Program-made: the position numbers and the translations under genes | Notes under the pieces: generated by a model | Told to the model about the DNA's origin: nothing | Database searches by the model: none | Seen by the model: only the letters and a program-made list of their open reading frames with translations | DNA from: Nigerium sp. | Lineage (GTDB): Bacteria > Actinomycetota > Actinomycetes > Propionibacteriales > Propionibacteriaceae | Length of the DNA: 64,000 nucleotides | Direction: 5' to 3' | NCBI GenBank assembly: GCA_016711325.1 | Contig: JADJTH010000005.1 | Location: forward strand, 7,524 to 71,523 | Part shown: positions 27,133-36,151 of the stretch, in pieces | Layout of the letters: the number at the start of each line of letters is the position of its first letter | Numbering within the stretch: the first letter of the stretch is position 1

Positions 27133-27584
27133 ACCCCCATTGTGCCGCGCGGCGCGGTTCGTCCCGGACTTTGGCCCACCCGTGGATCGCGCTCCGGCGC
27201 CTGCCGTGACACAGAAGTGAGTGGTGCGGACCCGCCGCGCGACATTTCCTGCCCCTCATTCTCGGGTCACGCGCAGAAACATCAGTCCCACTGGGTTTCT
27301 CGCGGGGGCGGGCGGAATGAGTGGCAGGAATTGCACACCTGTCGGACGGGCGGCGGCCCAGGGCCGCACGCGTCGTGATGGGGCCTTGAGCGGTGGCCGT
27401 GCCCCGTGACGCCGGGGCACGGCACTAGACTGCCCGCCATGGACCCGACGAGCTTGCTGGCCCCGCAGACCGGGGCCATCGCCTTCGTCGGCGTGCACGC
27501 CGTGAGAGACGGCATGCCCGAAGTCGCCGAGCGGCATGTCGGCCTCGCCGGCGAACAGGCTGGCGAGGAACCGAAGCCCCACCT

Positions 27585-28430
27585 GTGGGAGAGACCGTTG
27601 GGCGGCCGACGCTGATGCCTGCCCGTCGGCATGCCTCGCGCGACGAGGTGGTGTACAAGAGGCGCTACGTGGGATCCGTCGAATACCGCACCAGCCGCGT
27701 CGGCTACGGGGACGCGTCGCTGGTCGCCTACCGGTTCGCCTGCCAGGTGCCTGAGAAGACCGGGCCGGACTTCGTGCTCGTGCACGGCATCGGCGTGTCG
27801 GCGCGCTCCTACGGGCCGACCGCGGTCGAGTTGGCCCAGCACGGAGACGTCCATCTGATCGACCTGGCCGGCTATGGACGCTCGCCGCGTCCGGACCGCG
27901 ACCTCACCATCGAGGACCACGCCGGGCTAGTGGCCCGCTATCTCGAGGACAAGCAGCTGGACCATCCGGTCGTGGTCGGTCATTCCATGGGCACCCAGGT
28001 CGTGGCCGAACTCGCCGCGGACCACCCCGGCCAGGTCGATCACATCGTCCTCATCGCGCCGGTGGTGGCGCCCGACGTGCGGGCGCTGACGAAGGCCGCC
28101 GGACTGCTGCTGGCCAACGGGCTCAAAGAGCCTCTGCGGGTGTCGGCGATGGCGATCTACGACTACCTGGTACGTGCGGGCATCCCGTACATGATCCAGC
28201 AGACGCCGCATCTGCTCGGCACCGACCTGGAGGCGATCGCGGAGCGGATCGACGCCCGGACGCTGGTGATCTGCGGCGAAGACGACCCGATCGTGCCGCT
28301 GGATTGGGGCCGGCAGCTCGCGGCACGTTTCCGGCACGGTTGGTTCGCCACGGTGCCCGGACCGCACGCCACGATGTTCGCCGCTCCCGCGACCGTCGCT
28401 GCCCTGATCGATGAACACGCGCATCGCTGA
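27585..28430 (+). CDS. alpha/beta hydrolase
   Basis: 281 aa with GTG start (alternative ATG at 27615). FVLVHGIGVS...VVGHSMGTQV nucleophile elbow. Confidence 0.85.
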   Translation: MGETVGRPTLMPARRHASRDEVVYKRRYVGSVEYRTSRVGYGDASLVAYRFACQVPEKTGPDFVLVHGIGVSARSYGPTAVELAQHGDVHLIDLAGYGRSPRPDRDLTIEDHAGLVARYLEDKQLDHPVVVGHSMGTQVVAELAADHPGQVDHIVLIAPVVAPDVRALTKAAGLLLANGLKEPLRVSAMAIYDYLVRAGIPYMIQQTPHLLGTDLEAIAERIDARTLVICGEDDPIVPLDWGRQLAARFRHGWFATVPGPHATMFAAPATVAALIDEHAHR

Positions 28431-28447
28431 GCGAGAAACGAGTTGAG

Positions 28448-28945
28448 ATGAAGGCCCTGCTGCTGGTCGAGTCACGGTTTGGCAATTCCCGCGCGATCGC
28501 GGATGCCGTTGCGCTCGGAATAAGGGAACGGGGTGCCGAGGTGACCGTCCTCGCCCCCGAGGAGGCTCCACCGGCGGTCGGCGAGGACGTCGACCTGCTC
28601 GTCCTGGGTGCCCCCACCCACAACCGCACCCTGCCCACCTCCTCCACCCGCGGGCAGGCGGTCGCGATGGGCGCCGAGCCCGGCGGCGACGGCGTCCGCG
28701 AATGGCTCAGCAATGGACGTCTGCGCTCCGGGCTGCGCGTGGCCGCGTTCACGACGGCCAGCGGACGCACTGTGCTCAGCGGATCGGCGGCCCGAGGGGC
28801 GGCGCGTCTGATCGCGCGGAGCAACCCCGGGGTCCCGGTCGAGACCCGCACCTTCGTGGTCGACGGCCTCAAGGGCCCCCTGCAGGAGGGCGAGGTCGAG
28901 GCCGCGCGGACCTGGGGGCGTGACCTGGTCGAGGCGCACCCATGA
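28448..28945 (+). CDS. flavodoxin-family protein
   Basis: 165 aa. MKALLLVESRFGNSRAIADAV...DLLVLGAPTH pattern. Confidence 0.75.
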   Translation: MKALLLVESRFGNSRAIADAVALGIRERGAEVTVLAPEEAPPAVGEDVDLLVLGAPTHNRTLPTSSTRGQAVAMGAEPGGDGVREWLSNGRLRSGLRVAAFTTASGRTVLSGSAARGAARLIARSNPGVPVETRTFVVDGLKGPLQEGEVEAARTWGRDLVEAHP

Positions 28946-29997
28946 ACGACCGGCTGCGGCGCTGGGGCACGGCGAGCTGGTTCGCGCTGGGCATCATCGC
29001 GCTGGTGGTGGTGATCGCGGCCGGGGTGGGTGCGGTGAGCGGCATCGTGACGCCGCTCGTCATCGCCGTGATCGTCGGAACCGTGCTCGAACCCCTGGTG
29101 GAGTGGCTGGAGCGTCGCGGCGTCTCACCGACCTTGGCGACGGTCGCCGCGCTGCTCATCGCGGTGCTGGTGGCGCTCGGCATGATCGCGATCGTCGTGT
29201 GGGGCTTCATCCAGCAACTGCCCGAGATTTCGCGGCAGCTGATGATCGGCTGGGATTCGTTCGTGCAGTGGGGGCGCTCGCTCGATCTGGACGCCGTGCT
29301 GCTGGAGCAGGCCCGCGGCACGGCCCAGGACTCGATGCGCTACCTGGGCCAGGGTGTGCTCGGTGCGGTGTCGAGCACCTTCTCCGGGGTGGTGGCCCTC
29401 GGGATCGGCAGCTTCTTCTCGGTGTTCCTCCTGTTCTTCGTGCTGCGGGATGCGCGCGCGTTCCCGGCGTGGTTGGCGCGCACCACCTCGTCGGACGCCG
29501 TCATGGCCGCCGACGTCGTCGGGATCGCGAAGCAGTCGCTGCGCGGCTACTTTCGCGGCATCGCCATCACGGCCATGATCACCGCGCCGATCTTCATGGT
29601 GCCCCTGCTCCTGCTCGGCGTTCCGCTGGCGCTGCCGATCTTCATCCTGTACTTCTTCTTGTCCTTCATCCCGTTCGTCGGCGCGTGGCTGACCGGCGCG
29701 TTCGCGGTGCTGATCGCGTTCGGGTCGGGGGGCGCGACGGCCGCGCTGATCGTCACGGCGTCGCTGCTGGTCTCCAACGGCACGATCCAGAGCGCGGTGA
29801 GCTCGTGGGCGCTGGGATCGTCGCTGAAGATCCATCCCGTGGCGGTGCTGCTGGCGACCATCATCGGCGGCACGATCGCGGGCCTGCTCGGCATGGTTCT
29901 CGGCGCCCCGCTGCTCGCGGCGACGGTGAAGTCGGTGACGGCCGTCCGGGTGAAGACGGCGGCCCTGGAGACGGCCGAGGACGCCGCCCTTGAGTAG
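28942..29997 (+). CDS. AI-2E family transporter (PerM/UPF0118)
   Basis: 351 aa multi-TM protein. ATGA overlap with the flavodoxin gene. IPFVGAWLTGAFAVLIAF motif region. Confidence 0.9.
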   Translation: MNDRLRRWGTASWFALGIIALVVVIAAGVGAVSGIVTPLVIAVIVGTVLEPLVEWLERRGVSPTLATVAALLIAVLVALGMIAIVVWGFIQQLPEISRQLMIGWDSFVQWGRSLDLDAVLLEQARGTAQDSMRYLGQGVLGAVSSTFSGVVALGIGSFFSVFLLFFVLRDARAFPAWLARTTSSDAVMAADVVGIAKQSLRGYFRGIAITAMITAPIFMVPLLLLGVPLALPIFILYFFLSFIPFVGAWLTGAFAVLIAFGSGGATAALIVTASLLVSNGTIQSAVSSWALGSSLKIHPVAVLLATIIGGTIAGLLGMVLGAPLLAATVKSVTAVRVKTAALETAEDAALE

Positions 29998-30045
29998 TGT
30001 GCAAGCTCCAGGATCTGGTCTGGTCTTGGTCCGACCGGTATACTG

Positions 30046-30321
30046 ATGAGTATGACGAACGTCGTATCGATCTCCGAGGCGAAGGCCAACCTCAGCAAGC
30101 TGGTCAAGCGCGCCCATGCGGGCGAAGTCATCTATCTCGGCGCCTACGGGCACGCGGAGGCCGTCCTCGCGCCCGTCCCGGCTCGGCATCGGATCGCGGT
30201 CGGCGTATGGAAGGAGCGTCGGCGTCCCGGATTCGCCTACGGCGCCGATGACATCGTCGGCCCAGACGCCGATATCTCCGAGGCAATGGAACAGTCGATC
30301 GACGAGGTTGTTCCACGATGA
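30046..30321 (+). CDS. type II antitoxin, Phd/YefM family
   Basis: MSMTNVVSISEAKANLSKLVKRAHAGEVIYLG... Alternative, possibly leaderless, ATG at 30052. Stop overlaps the vapC ATG (ATGA). Confidence 0.85.
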   Translation: MSMTNVVSISEAKANLSKLVKRAHAGEVIYLGAYGHAEAVLAPVPARHRIAVGVWKERRRPGFAYGADDIVGPDADISEAMEQSIDEVVPR

Positions 30322-30701
30322 GATTGCTGATCGACTCCCATGTGTATCTCTGGCTGCTGTTCACGCCTGAGTCCGTCGGGCGCTCGTCGCTCCGCGTTCT
30401 GAATGACGCGGACCAAGTCCTGCTCTCGACGGTGAGCCTTTGGGAACTGACGTTGAAGAGCGCCAAGGGCAAGCTGCCTCATGACGCGTCCGAGCTGACA
30501 GCGGGAGTCGCGGCGCTCGGCGTCACGGAGTTGCCGATCAAGCACCGCCACCTGCGCGCACTGCCGGAGGTGCTGCTCCCACACCGCGATCCCTTCGATG
30601 CGATGCTTGTCGCCCAAGCGACGGCCGATGAACTGTGCTTGCTGACGGCGGATGGGTACCTGCTCGGCTCTCGTTACACGACGTTCGACGCGCGCACCTG
30701 A
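30318..30701 (+). CDS. vapC: type II toxin, PIN-domain ribonuclease VapC
   Basis: 127 aa. MRLLIDSHVYLWLL...HRDPFDAMLVAQA... (PIN acidic residues). Confidence 0.9.
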   Translation: MRLLIDSHVYLWLLFTPESVGRSSLRVLNDADQVLLSTVSLWELTLKSAKGKLPHDASELTAGVAALGVTELPIKHRHLRALPEVLLPHRDPFDAMLVAQATADELCLLTADGYLLGSRYTTFDART

Positions 30702-30737
30702 CGTCCTGCCGAGGTCATCGCGGGCGCACACGGCGTC

Positions 30738-31526
30738 CTACAGCGGAACGCCCATCTTCTCGAAGGCCGTACGGAAGATCGTCGCGTCCTCGAGGCCCGG
30801 GAACTTCTGGACGCGCTGGTCGAGCTTGTCGACCGTGGGCGCCTGGCCCGCGAAGAGGTGGTGCATCGCGTGGCGCACCTCGTCGTCGTCCATGATTCCC
30901 GAGCCGACGGGCTTCCACAGCTTCGTCATGGCGAGGCGGACGAACATCTGGGCGCGATCGTTGTCGTCGAGCTTGGCCCGCGCCTGCGTCGTGTAGAACG
31001 CGACGTGCCGGGTCTCCTGCTGGGCGATGCGCTCCAGCAGCGGCGACAAGGCGGGGTGCTCGACCATGCTCGACAGCCGCCGGTAGGCCGCGACGGCCGA
31101 CAGTTCGTTAGCGGCGCCCCACGTCATGTGGACGGCGATGAAGTCGTTGCCGACCATGCTCGACCCGGCGGCCTGCGTGACGGTGCCCAGGGCCAACTGC
31201 CAGCCGAGCTTGATCCGCTTCGCCTTCAGTTCGTCGTAGTCGACGTGCATGCCGTGCTCCTTGAGCACGGCCGACAGCGCCTCGCCGTGCCAGAACTCCT
31301 CGCGGTTCCACGTCGTCATGAAGCCGCGCGCCTCGTCCTTGCGGTGCGAGCGCGTGACGAGCAGATCGCGCAGATAGCAGGACGTGTGGTACTCGACGTC
31401 GCACATGTAGCGCAGCGCGCGCAGCACGTCGGCGTCCAGCGGCTGGTCGCGGAAGGACTCGAAGTCGAGGTCCTCCCACGTCACCCGCTCGGAGGTCTCT
31501 GCGTACTTCTCAAGATCGAACGCCAC
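30738..31526 (-). CDS. ferritin-like di-iron carboxylate protein (acyl-ACP desaturase-like fold)
   Basis: 262 aa with GTG start and RBS GAGGAGG. Two E..H metal motifs: NREEFWHGEAL and AQQETRHVAFY. Confidence 0.85.
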   Translation of the reverse strand: MAFDLEKYAETSERVTWEDLDFESFRDQPLDADVLRALRYMCDVEYHTSCYLRDLLVTRSHRKDEARGFMTTWNREEFWHGEALSAVLKEHGMHVDYDELKAKRIKLGWQLALGTVTQAAGSSMVGNDFIAVHMTWGAANELSAVAAYRRLSSMVEHPALSPLLERIAQQETRHVAFYTTQARAKLDDNDRAQMFVRLAMTKLWKPVGSGIMDDDEVRHAMHHLFAGQAPTVDKLDQRVQKFPGLEDATIFRTAFEKMGVPL

Positions 31527-32427
31527 GGTGCTGCCTCCTCAGGAGTCCGGGGGTCGGGGTGGACGAGCCGTGATGCCAGCCGGTCGGACGGATGGCCAGC
31601 AGCTCGCGGATCGGGCGGTCGGCGGACGCCAGACGCGCGCGGTCCTCGGGGGTGCGAAAAAGGGACGCCATGGCTCGCGCCTCGTCGCGGTCGGGGACGC
31701 CGACGATCCGAAGCGGCCTCCACGACGGCAACAGGAACAGCTTCGCCATGCGCGCCTCCTGCGGGGAGCGCGAGATCCGGGCGGCGGCCTCGAGGCCGAA
31801 GAAGCGGATCATCTCGTCGCGGCGTCCGATGATCTCGGTGACCACCCGTGCGGCCTCGCCGCCGAGCCGCGGAAGCACCGCGGAGTAGGCGGCCTGAAGA
31901 GAGGCCTCCTGGATCGCCAGGCGCGCCATGTGCCCGACGGTCACGGACTCGCCGACGATCGACGTCCACACCGGCGCGACGAACGGCAGCCCGCGCTCGA
32001 CGTAGAATCCGCGCGCTCGGGTGCCGAGCGAGGCGCGCCGCAGCGGTTCGGGCAGCGGCGAGCCGTCGGCCGTGAGCAGGTCGCGCACCGCGTGGCCCAG
32101 CCACAGCCGCTCGTAGGCCCACGTCGCGACGAACGCGGTGATGCGCGCCTCGTTGCCCGTCCAGGTGGCCAGGAACGCGCGCGCCTCGGACAGCGCGGCG
32201 CTATCGAGGCGCCACAGGAAGGCCAGGTCGTCGCGCACGCCGGGACCGCCGAGGTCAACCCCGGACGCCTCGACGCGGATGCGCCCGCGTGCGGCGTGCG
32301 TGTAGGCGTCCACGTCGAAGGAGGTCAGCAGCGTGATGGTCTCACCGGCGACCGAGTACAGCCGCCCGCCGAGGTAGCCGTCGGGCAGCGCCGGCGCCTG
32401 GTGCGCGCGAGAAGGAGTGTGGGTCAC
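31510..32427 (-). CDS. paralog of the adjacent di-iron protein lacking the His ligands
   Basis: 305 aa from GTG 32427 (RBS GGAGG). TWAYERLWLGHAV aligns with TWNREEFWHGEAL, and RRDEMIRFFG aligns with QQETRHVAFY. It overlaps the downstream start by 17 nt. Confidence 0.65.
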   Translation of the reverse strand: MTHTPSRAHQAPALPDGYLGGRLYSVAGETITLLTSFDVDAYTHAARGRIRVEASGVDLGGPGVRDDLAFLWRLDSAALSEARAFLATWTGNEARITAFVATWAYERLWLGHAVRDLLTADGSPLPEPLRRASLGTRARGFYVERGLPFVAPVWTSIVGESVTVGHMARLAIQEASLQAAYSAVLPRLGGEAARVVTEIIGRRDEMIRFFGLEAAARISRSPQEARMAKLFLLPSWRPLRIVGVPDRDEARAMASLFRTPEDRARLASADRPIRELLAIRPTGWHHGSSTPTPGLLRRQHRGVRS

Positions 32428-32491
32428 CCTTACCTCCGAGTCGTGCCCGCAGGTGTTCTGCGGCGCGGTTCGACCAAGGATAGTAGAAGGA

Positions 32492-33610
32492 TCATTCGGT
32501 TTTGAATGGCCCGACAACTGGACGGTCCTCGCCGGCCGCGCGCCGATCGTCCGCGGCGGCCGGGTACAGCGTGACCTGGGTGGCCTTGACGACCGCCACG
32601 ACGACGTCCCCCTCGGCGAGCACGAGCTCGCTCAGGGCGGCCGACGTGACGTCGGCGTGGATGCGCTGCCCGGCCACCAGCAGGCTCACCCGCTGCACCA
32701 GGCCACGGTCCTCGACGGCGGCGACGATGGCCGGCAGCTCGTTGCGGGGGCTGCCGTGAGGGGGCGTGCGGAAGAGGCTCACGGCGTCCGGCGGGAACAC
32801 CGCCCGGGCCGGGCCGAGGGCCAGGGGAGACTCGCTCATGCCCGCCACCAGCGGGCCGTCCTCCAGCCGGACCGCGCCGCCGGGATCGAGCGTGCCGCGC
32901 AGCAGGTTGAGTCCCACGAAGTCGGCCAGGAACGCCGACGGCGGGCGTTGGAAGACTTCGTCGACGCGCCCGGTCGCGGCGACCTGCCCGGCCTCCAGGG
33001 CGACGACCCGGTCGGCCAGCACGAGGACGTCGAGCGGATCGTGCGTCACCAGCAGCGTGGTGAGGCCCTGCAGCCGGTCGCGCAACAGGCGACGCAGGCC
33101 GGGCGTGGTGGCGGCGTCGAGCGCGGCGAACGGCTCGTCGAGGAGCACGACGTCGGGATCGAAGGCGAGCGCCCGCGCGATCGCGACGCGCTGCGCCTGC
33201 CCGCCCGACAGCGAGTGAGGCCTGCGTGATCCGAAGCCCGCCAGACCCACGGCGTCCAGCTCGGACGCCGCGCGCGCCAGGGCCTCGGCCCGGGGGACGC
33301 CGCGGGCGCGGGGACCGTAGGCGACGTTGTCGAGGACGCTCAAATGCGGGAACAGGAGGGCGCGCTGTTCGAGGTACCCGATGCGCCGGCGGTTGGCCGG
33401 GACGAAGACGCGGGCATCGGCAACCCCCGCGCCGCCGATGGTCACGCTGCCCTCGTCGGGGCGCAGCGCGCCGGCCACGAGCTGGATGGCGGTCGACTTG
33501 CCGGCCCCGTTGGGCCCGACCAGCGCGACGATCTCGCCGGGGGCGGCGTCCAGCGCGATCCGGACGCCGCGGGCCGCCACCGTCACGTCGAGGGTGAGCG
33601 GCTCAGGCAT
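32492..33610 (-). CDS. modC: molybdate ABC transporter ATP-binding protein with C-terminal TOBE domain
   Basis: 372 aa. GPNGAGKST, LSGGQAQRVAIARAL and a TOBE-like tail (RVSLLVAGQRIHADVTSAAL...). Confidence 0.9.
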   Translation of the reverse strand: MPEPLTLDVTVAARGVRIALDAAPGEIVALVGPNGAGKSTAIQLVAGALRPDEGSVTIGGAGVADARVFVPANRRRIGYLEQRALLFPHLSVLDNVAYGPRARGVPRAEALARAASELDAVGLAGFGSRRPHSLSGGQAQRVAIARALAFDPDVVLLDEPFAALDAATTPGLRRLLRDRLQGLTTLLVTHDPLDVLVLADRVVALEAGQVAATGRVDEVFQRPPSAFLADFVGLNLLRGTLDPGGAVRLEDGPLVAGMSESPLALGPARAVFPPDAVSLFRTPPHGSPRNELPAIVAAVEDRGLVQRVSLLVAGQRIHADVTSAALSELVLAEGDVVVAVVKATQVTLYPAAADDRRAAGEDRPVVGPFKTE

Positions 33611-34394
33611 GGCTGCCCCAGGCGCGGAAGTGCGTCGCTAGCCACACGACGAGGCCCGCGACGGCGAGCAGCACGACGGCGAGGGCGAGGGCCAGGTCGG
33701 AGTCCGACTCGCGCAGCAGGTAGATCTCGAGTGGGAGCGTCCGCGTGACGCCCTGCAGCGAGCCGGCGAAGGTGAGGGTGGCGCCGAACTCGCCGAGGGC
33801 CCGCGCGAACGACAGTGCAGTGCCGGACGCCAGCGCCGGCGCCGCCATGGGAAGGGTCACGGTCAGCAGGGTGCGGGTCGGGCTGGCGCCGAGGTAGCTC
33901 GCGGCGCGCTCGTAGTCCTGGCCGCTGGAGCGTAGGGCTCCCTCGAGGGACACGACGAGGAAGGGCAGCGCCACGAACACCTGCGCGATGATCACGGCGG
34001 TCGTCGTGAAGCCGATCTCGACGCCCAGCGCCGACAGGTGCCGGCCGAGCAGCCCGCGGCGGCCCAGTGTCGTGAGCAGCGCGAGGCCCGCGACGACGGG
34101 CGGCAGCACCATGGGCACGGTCACCAGGGTGCGTGCGGCCGTGGCCCAGCGGCCGCGGCTGCGGGCCAGCACCAGCGCCGTCGGGATGCCGAGGATCAGC
34201 ACGATGACGGTGGCGATCAGGCAGGTGCCGAGGCTGAGCCGGAGCGCGGCGAGCGCGCGCTCCGACATCAGCAACGCGGGCAGGCGGGCCCAGTCGGCGC
34301 GCAGCAGCAGGCCGAGCAGCGGCAGGGCAAGCAAAGCGAGCGCCAGCGCCATCGGCGCCAGCGCCCACTTCGGGTAGCCCAGGCCCGTGGTCAC
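33603..34394 (-). CDS. modB: molybdate ABC transporter permease
   Basis: 263 aa with GTG start (GTGA overlap with the modA stop). EAA-loop region ERAASYLGASPTRTLLTVTLP. Confidence 0.9.
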   Translation of the reverse strand: MTTGLGYPKWALAPMALALALLALPLLGLLLRADWARLPALLMSERALAALRLSLGTCLIATVIVLILGIPTALVLARSRGRWATAARTLVTVPMVLPPVVAGLALLTTLGRRGLLGRHLSALGVEIGFTTTAVIIAQVFVALPFLVVSLEGALRSSGQDYERAASYLGASPTRTLLTVTLPMAAPALASGTALSFARALGEFGATLTFAGSLQGVTRTLPLEIYLLRESDSDLALALAVVLLAVAGLVVWLATHFRAWGSHA

Positions 34395-35122
34395 CGGGGC
34401 GGGCCGAACCCGGCCGCCGCGAGCTTCGCCTGGCCCTCGCCCGTCACCGTGGCGATGAACGCGTCGGCCCTGGCCTTGTTCGGCGCGCCCTTGACGATGC
34501 CGATCCAGTAGGTGTTCGGGTCGTCCTTCGCGCCCGGCACGTCGAAGACCGTCACCTTGTCGCCGGCGCCCGCGGCGTCCGTGGCGTAGACAAGGCCGGC
34601 GTCCGCTTCGCCCGCGGTGACCTTGCCGAGGACGTCGGTGACCTTCGCCTCTTCCGAGACCGGCGTCAGCGTCAGGCCGTTCGCTTCCGCGGCCTTCAGG
34701 GTGGCGGCGCCGCACGGCACGTCGGCGGCGCAGACGACCAGTTTCGTGCCGTCGAGCGAGGCGTCGAAACCGGTGATGCCCGCGGGGTTGTCGGCCGGCG
34801 TGACGAGCACGAGGTAGTTGGTGGCGAACATCACGGGGTCGCCGTCGATGAGGTCGGCGTCGACCGCCTTGTCCATGTTCTTCTTGTCGGCGGACGCGAA
34901 GACGTCGGCGAGGGCGCCGCCCTTCAGCTGGTCGACGAGGCCTGAGGACCCGTCGAACGAGTACGTCGCGTCGGCGATGGCGGGGAACACCGTGTTCAGG
35001 GACGCCGCGGCGAACACGATGGCCGGTTCCTGCTGCGCCGTGGTCGGGCTGGGTGTCGTGGCGCCCTGTTGCCCGCAGGCCGCGAGCAGCAGGGTCGCGG
35101 CGACGAGTGCGAGGCGCTTCAT
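34391..35122 (-). CDS. modA: molybdate ABC transporter substrate-binding lipoprotein
   Basis: 243 aa from ATG 35122 (RBS AAAGGAA). Lipobox LLLAACGQ. IVFAAASL...VFASAD pattern. Confidence 0.9.
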   Translation of the reverse strand: MKRLALVAATLLLAACGQQGATTPSPTTAQQEPAIVFAAASLNTVFPAIADATYSFDGSSGLVDQLKGGALADVFASADKKNMDKAVDADLIDGDPVMFATNYLVLVTPADNPAGITGFDASLDGTKLVVCAADVPCGAATLKAAEANGLTLTPVSEEAKVTDVLGKVTAGEADAGLVYATDAAGAGDKVTVFDVPGAKDDPNTYWIGIVKGAPNKARADAFIATVTGEGQAKLAAAGFGPPR

Positions 35123-35526
35123 GTCCGGTTCCTTTCGACGGTCACGTTGGTGGCCTTGATGACGGCGGTGGCGACGACGCCGGGAGCGAGGCCGAGCTCC
35201 TGGACGGCCTCGGTCGAGATGAGCGAGACGATCCGGTAGCGACCGCACTGGAGTTCGACCTGGCTCATCACGGTGTCGGAGACGACCCGCGTGACCAGGC
35301 CCGTCAGGTGGTTGCGGGCCGAGCGGACGCCGGCCCCGGAGTCGAGCTGGTCGAGGGCGTCGCCGGCCAGCTCTTGGGAGAGCGCGGCGAGTTCGACCCC
35401 CTCGACGGCGTGCCGGCCCGCGTCGTCGGTGACCTGGCTGAGTCTGCCGGCCTCGACCCAGCGGCGGACGGTGTCGTCGCTGACACCGAGAAGGTTGGCC
35501 GCGGCAGAGATACGTATCTGCGTCAT
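35119..35526 (-). CDS. molybdate-responsive regulator candidate: MerR/excisionase-type HTH fused to TOBE (Mop) domain
   Basis: 135 aa. ISAAANLLGVSDDTVRRWVEAGRL followed by SARNHLTGLVTRVVSDTVMSQVELQCG. First gene of the modABC operon. Confidence 0.85.
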   Translation of the reverse strand: MTQIRISAAANLLGVSDDTVRRWVEAGRLSQVTDDAGRHAVEGVELAALSQELAGDALDQLDSGAGVRSARNHLTGLVTRVVSDTVMSQVELQCGRYRIVSLISTEAVQELGLAPGVVATAVIKATNVTVERNRT

Positions 35527-35550
35527 AAATACATATTATCAGTATTAAAT
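35527..35550. promoter_or_regulatory. AT-rich promoter/operator block between the modE-like gene and mog
   Basis: AAATACATATTATCAGTATTAAAT within GC-rich DNA. AATAC-N9-GTATT inverted repeat. On the minus strand, TAATAT ends 6 nt before the ATG at 35526. Confidence 0.5.
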
Positions 35551-35598
35551 GCGGCGGTGGACGGTCCGGCGCGGGTCGGCGGGGCTAGTGTGGCGTCC

Positions 35599-36111
35599 AT
35601 GCCGTATCGCGCCGCAGTCATCACGTGTTCCGACCGGGCCGCCGCCGACGTGTACGAGGACCGTTCGGGTCCGGTGCTGCGCGACGGACTGGCGGCGCTG
35701 GGCTTCGAGGTGGACGCCCCGGTCGTCCTGCCGGACGACGCGGCCCTCATCGCGGCGGCGATCGCAGACGCGGCCGATTCCGGAGCGCGGGTGGTGCTCA
35801 CCACCGGCGGCACCGGGGTGAGTCCGAGGGACGTCACGGTCGAGGCGACGCGGCCCCTGCTCGCCTACGAGTTGCCGGGGATCGCCGAGGCCGTGCGCGC
35901 GACGGGCGCGGCGAAGACGCCGCTGGCGTCCCTCTCGCGAGGGCTGGCGGGCGTGATCGACCGCGGCGGAGCGCGTGCCTTCGTGTTCAACGCGCCGGGC
36001 TCCCGGGGCGGGGCGCGGGACGCCCTCGCGGTGCTGTCGCCGCTGCTGGTGCACATCGTCGAGCAGATGGACGGCGCCGACCACGACCTTAATCGGCCCG
36101 CCTCGGTCTGA
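35599..36111 (+). CDS. mog: MogA/MoaB family molybdenum cofactor biosynthesis protein
   Basis: 170 aa. AAVITCSDRAAADVYEDRSGP...VLTTGGTGVSPRDVT. Confidence 0.88.
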   Translation: MPYRAAVITCSDRAAADVYEDRSGPVLRDGLAALGFEVDAPVVLPDDAALIAAAIADAADSGARVVLTTGGTGVSPRDVTVEATRPLLAYELPGIAEAVRATGAAKTPLASLSRGLAGVIDRGGARAFVFNAPGSRGGARDALAVLSPLLVHIVEQMDGADHDLNRPASV

Positions 36112-36151
36112 TTTTGCCGTGGCGTTAGGGTGGCCTCAAACCACCGCGTAG

